Assembly: GCF_032444005.1 (NCBI RefSeq)
Contig: NC_091283.1
Location: 275,528,001-275,592,000 of the forward strand
Origin: Ranitomeya imitator
Lineage: Eukaryota
Length of the DNA: 64,000 nucleotides
Reading direction: 5' to 3'
Made by a program: the position numbers and the translations under genes. The notes below the pieces were generated by a model. That model made no database searches. It had not been told where the DNA came from and was given only the letters and a program-made list of their open reading frames with translations. Each line of letters starts with the position of its first letter. Position 1 is the first letter of the stretch. Below are positions 60,701 through 64,000 of this stretch, in pieces.

Positions 60701-62880
60701 AGTGGAATTCCATGGTGTCGGAATATCGCATATTGAACGGTTAACCGGTAGGCCGACAGAACTCTGTTGTGATGCAAGTCGATGACCTGCTGTTAAATAT
60801 TAATTATTCTTATTTTTATTCTGTACTGAGCACATTGCTTATTGCTGACACTATCAAAAGCTATTTCTGTGTATGTATCTCAGAGTATAAGTTAACACCA
60901 TATACAGAGGACACGTGATCTGTGTTGGACATATATAAACGTCTCTTAGGAGGGTGTGGGGGCTTTTTGTCACGTGGGACGGTCACCTCCTGCCTACACA
61001 TTCATTCTCCATGGACAGCAGATGAAGAAGCAACAGCTGATAGTGGAAGCCATGATGACCTTCGAAGTTCACACAGACAGATGACTTTTACCATTCAGGA
61101 TCTTGGAAAGATGAGTAACAAGACAAGCGCTGATATTTACACATGGACACTCTGTTCATAACTGTTTCATCCACTTTTATGTTTTTGCTGCAATGGTGGA
61201 TAATTCAATAAACCACTATACTTTCATCAGAATATCATGACATTTTTCTTTTAAGAATAACGCACCTGGTTAAGTCTTGATTAAATATTTTTGCGCAATA
61301 ACAATTTTTAACACCTGCAAGGAGCAAATGGCGGGAGTGAGCACATAGCGACTGTGCTTTGTGCAGCGCATCCAGGTCGGATAGTGGCAAAGATATTGCT
61401 GTACCACAAAGTTAAGGACGTGAGCCATGCAAGACACGTGTGTGACGTTGCCCCAGCATAGGGCAGGCAACATGTTTGCACCATTATTGTACACTCCATT
61501 ACCTGCATTTAGTTTGTGTGGAGACTGCTATTGCTCAAACTCGGCCTGGATAGCTGTTCACAACTCTTCATCTTTGTGACTGCGATTTCCAAGGTATATT
61601 CATTTAAACACTGCCAGATTGTGGTGAGCCCTGGCTGCACAGTACGGAAGTGATGGGGATTCGCTCTGTAGTGTTGGAACGCGTGTCTCATTAATGGAGA
61701 GGTTGAAGTTGCAGGTGGAGGGTCTAGAGGAGGTGGAGGAGGCAGAAGCAGTGGAGGAAGTGTTGGATACAGAGGTTTGTCCCGTAAGCCTTGGGGATTC
61801 CAAGACTTGGTGTCTGTTGACACCTTGGTGTCTAGTGGTTTAGTACACCATCCTTTATGGTGTAGTGCAAATAAAAAAAAGAGAATAGGAAGCTAGATGC
61901 CATAAATTTACAAAATTGTTATTGAAACATTTTTTCTATTTCTTTTTTTTTCTATTTGTATTTGGAAGTGCCACAAATCTAGACAACCTTGCATTTTGAT
62001 GTAAATTACCTTATTGTGTAGTGGTTTAGTTCGCCACCTCCGGGTGTGTAGTGGTTTAGTTATCCAACTCTAAGTGTTTAGTAGTTTACTTCTCCAACCC
62101 GTTGTCTAGTAGTTTAGTTCTCCATCCTCTGCTTTTTAGTGGTTTACTTATCCATCCCATAGCACCTTGCAAGTCTTGGAGAGTCCAAGAGTTGTGGAGC
62201 AGCCCCTTCCCCGTCTGCCCCACAGCCACCAAGTGCCCAGTCAATGAGATGCAAATCCTCTGGCCATGCTTGCTCATCCAGGTGTCAGGCCCCTGGCCAT
62301 GTTTGCTCGTCCAGGTGTCAGTGGTGAAATGCAGCCTGGCAGACATTGATTTTTTTCAAGAAACAGTTGATGCTGTCTGCGACATACTGGTGTAGCGCAG
62401 GCACAGCTTTCTTACATAAGTAATGGCAACTGGGTAACAAACTGGGTGACTGCGAAGGGCGTCAGCTTTTAGAAAGCGTCTGTATACACCAGGCGAAAAA
62501 GCAGCATTTTCAGATTGAACTTGGTGAAATTCAACCTGTTAGCTTTGCCTTGTGTAAGAGGAAACAATCTTTAACATGACCACAACTGTGGAACCCAGGG
62601 CTGGCTGCTGAACAGAGAGAAGGTGGAGCAGGAAGCACACGACATATTGCTGGACTGTGAATGAGGTGCAGGCGGAGATGTTATGGTGGATTAAGAAAAA
62701 TGTGATGTGTTTGAGGTCTGAGATCTGACAAAAACAGCAGGCATGTCCACTTCTGTAACAGCTGATGTGCGGTCACTCACCCCGGCTGTAGCTGGTAAAC
62801 AAGTGGAGGTTCTGCAGCCAAAACCTTGTGTGAGAACACTTGCCACGAAGATGGAGGAGGAAGAAGCAGCAGATGATAAA
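57733..62880 (-). mobile_element. Highly degenerate hAT transposon
   Basis: TAGAGATGAGC terminus at ~57733; transposase remnants LHFTTDTWTSKHGQG (62086-62346) and THVSCMAHVLNFVVQ (61270-61494); boundaries approximate. Confidence 0.7.
57936..58532. mobile_element. T2/Kolobok-type MITE
   Basis: TTAA TSD; AGGGAATTTGTCACC / AGGGAATCTGTCACC TIRs with long subterminal inverted repeats. Confidence 0.85.
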
Positions 62881-62889
62881 AGAATAGTC

Positions 62890-63660
62890 AATATATGTAT
62901 ATAGATGCACGGGCACTTTACGAGGTTGTATATGGTAACACGGCTATGTCCCGCCACGGGGGTTGTGCGCATGCGCTGCCTTGATCGCTCCGGACGTCCC
63001 TGATCTGGTCTCGTGGTTATGTCTGACTTACGCTCGGCAATCAGCCGGGCGGAACGCGGGCATGCCACTGACCGGTGAGGGGTGGTCCCTTGTTGGTAGC
63101 GATACTAGGCGCCGGATGCGCCGTCATACCCACGTGTCTAGTGTTTATATCCGATGTCACGGGCACATGATTTGGCGTTACTAGGGACGCTAGCTTATGA
63201 TTGGTCCTGGGGCATTTAAAAAGTCTGCTTACCTCCCTAATTGTACACGCCCCCGGAAGAACAACAGGCGAAACGGGCATCGGGGTGGGTTGCGTACTAG
63301 GACGCGGGCACATCACAGGTAACATACTGATACATATTTGCTATGTTGATATTTAGGCATCATGCAGGTAGTGGATTATACACATGAATAGGTCACCTTG
63401 GCTTGTTTGTCACTTAGGCTTATGCCAGTGGATTTAACTAAAGTGCGATAAAGAGAGGTTCCATTTGTGTTTGGTAACACACCATGTTATGCATATACAC
63501 ATTTTTTCTGCCTGTTATTTATCAATATAGCAGTTGTGATTTGTGCTTTACTCCTAGTGGCGTCTAGTTGTGGTTTGAGGTACCTAGGTATTTGTGATAC
63601 ATGTTTAATGTTGGTTCAATAAAATTTATTAGATTTTACATTCCTTGTGCCATCAGGTTA
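62890..63660 (+). mobile_element. Probable Penelope-like 3' fragment
   Basis: CpG-rich block, degenerate hammerhead-like CCCCGGAAGA...GAAAC...ATCGGGG at 63249-63285, AATAAA at ~63618; no TSD found. Confidence 0.4.
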
Positions 63661-64000
63661 TTTATTTTGGTGGTACTGTGGTTTGATTATTGTTACGGAA
63701 TGTGACCAAGCCTTTTGCTTAGGTCATTTGGATTAACATGTATACCTGTGTTACTAGTCTTACATTTTTCTACTAATAGTAATGCATGAAACTAAAGTTT
63801 GTGCCATCTGAGTGTGGCTGGAATTGAAAAAAAATTGAGCTGTTGCATGAGGTGTGAGGTCTCGCAGCTAAGAAGGCTTACACATCCCTTAACCACCAGG
63901 TCCTCATTGAATCTTCAATTTCAAGCTGTAAATGCTGGGCCAGACCCTGATACCTCATGCATGGCTGACTGCTGCTGTGCCATTATCAAATTTATATTGT

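Overview
Amphibian (anuran-like) genomic DNA from a tandem cluster of minus-strand FAX/KRAB C2H2 zinc-finger genes that is heavily invaded by transposons. Three paralogues are present. Gene B (CDS 57243-52024, 6 coding exons, 439 aa, 6 fingers) is intact. Gene A (CDS 21152-843) has a finger exon that is degenerate and fused directly to the promoter of gene C. Gene C (5' end at 1-~870) runs off the left edge. Most of the remaining sequence is nested TEs: a structurally complete DIRS1 element, a near-intact young Gypsy element with identical-looking LTRs, a disrupted chromovirus, Gmr1-like gag, CR1 and L1 fragments, and Tc1, hAT, piggyBac-like, pogo-like, Harbinger, T2/Kolobok and Helitron elements, plus minisatellites. 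The most unusual structures are (i) four non-coding insertions with 13-17 bp target duplications, outward-facing inverted arms, a ~75-92 nt tail and, in three of them, hammerhead-like motifs (Penelope-like), and (ii) a TG...CA unit with a 5-bp TSD whose LTR-like repeats are inverted rather than direct. All calls come from reading the sequence by eye; no database searches were run.
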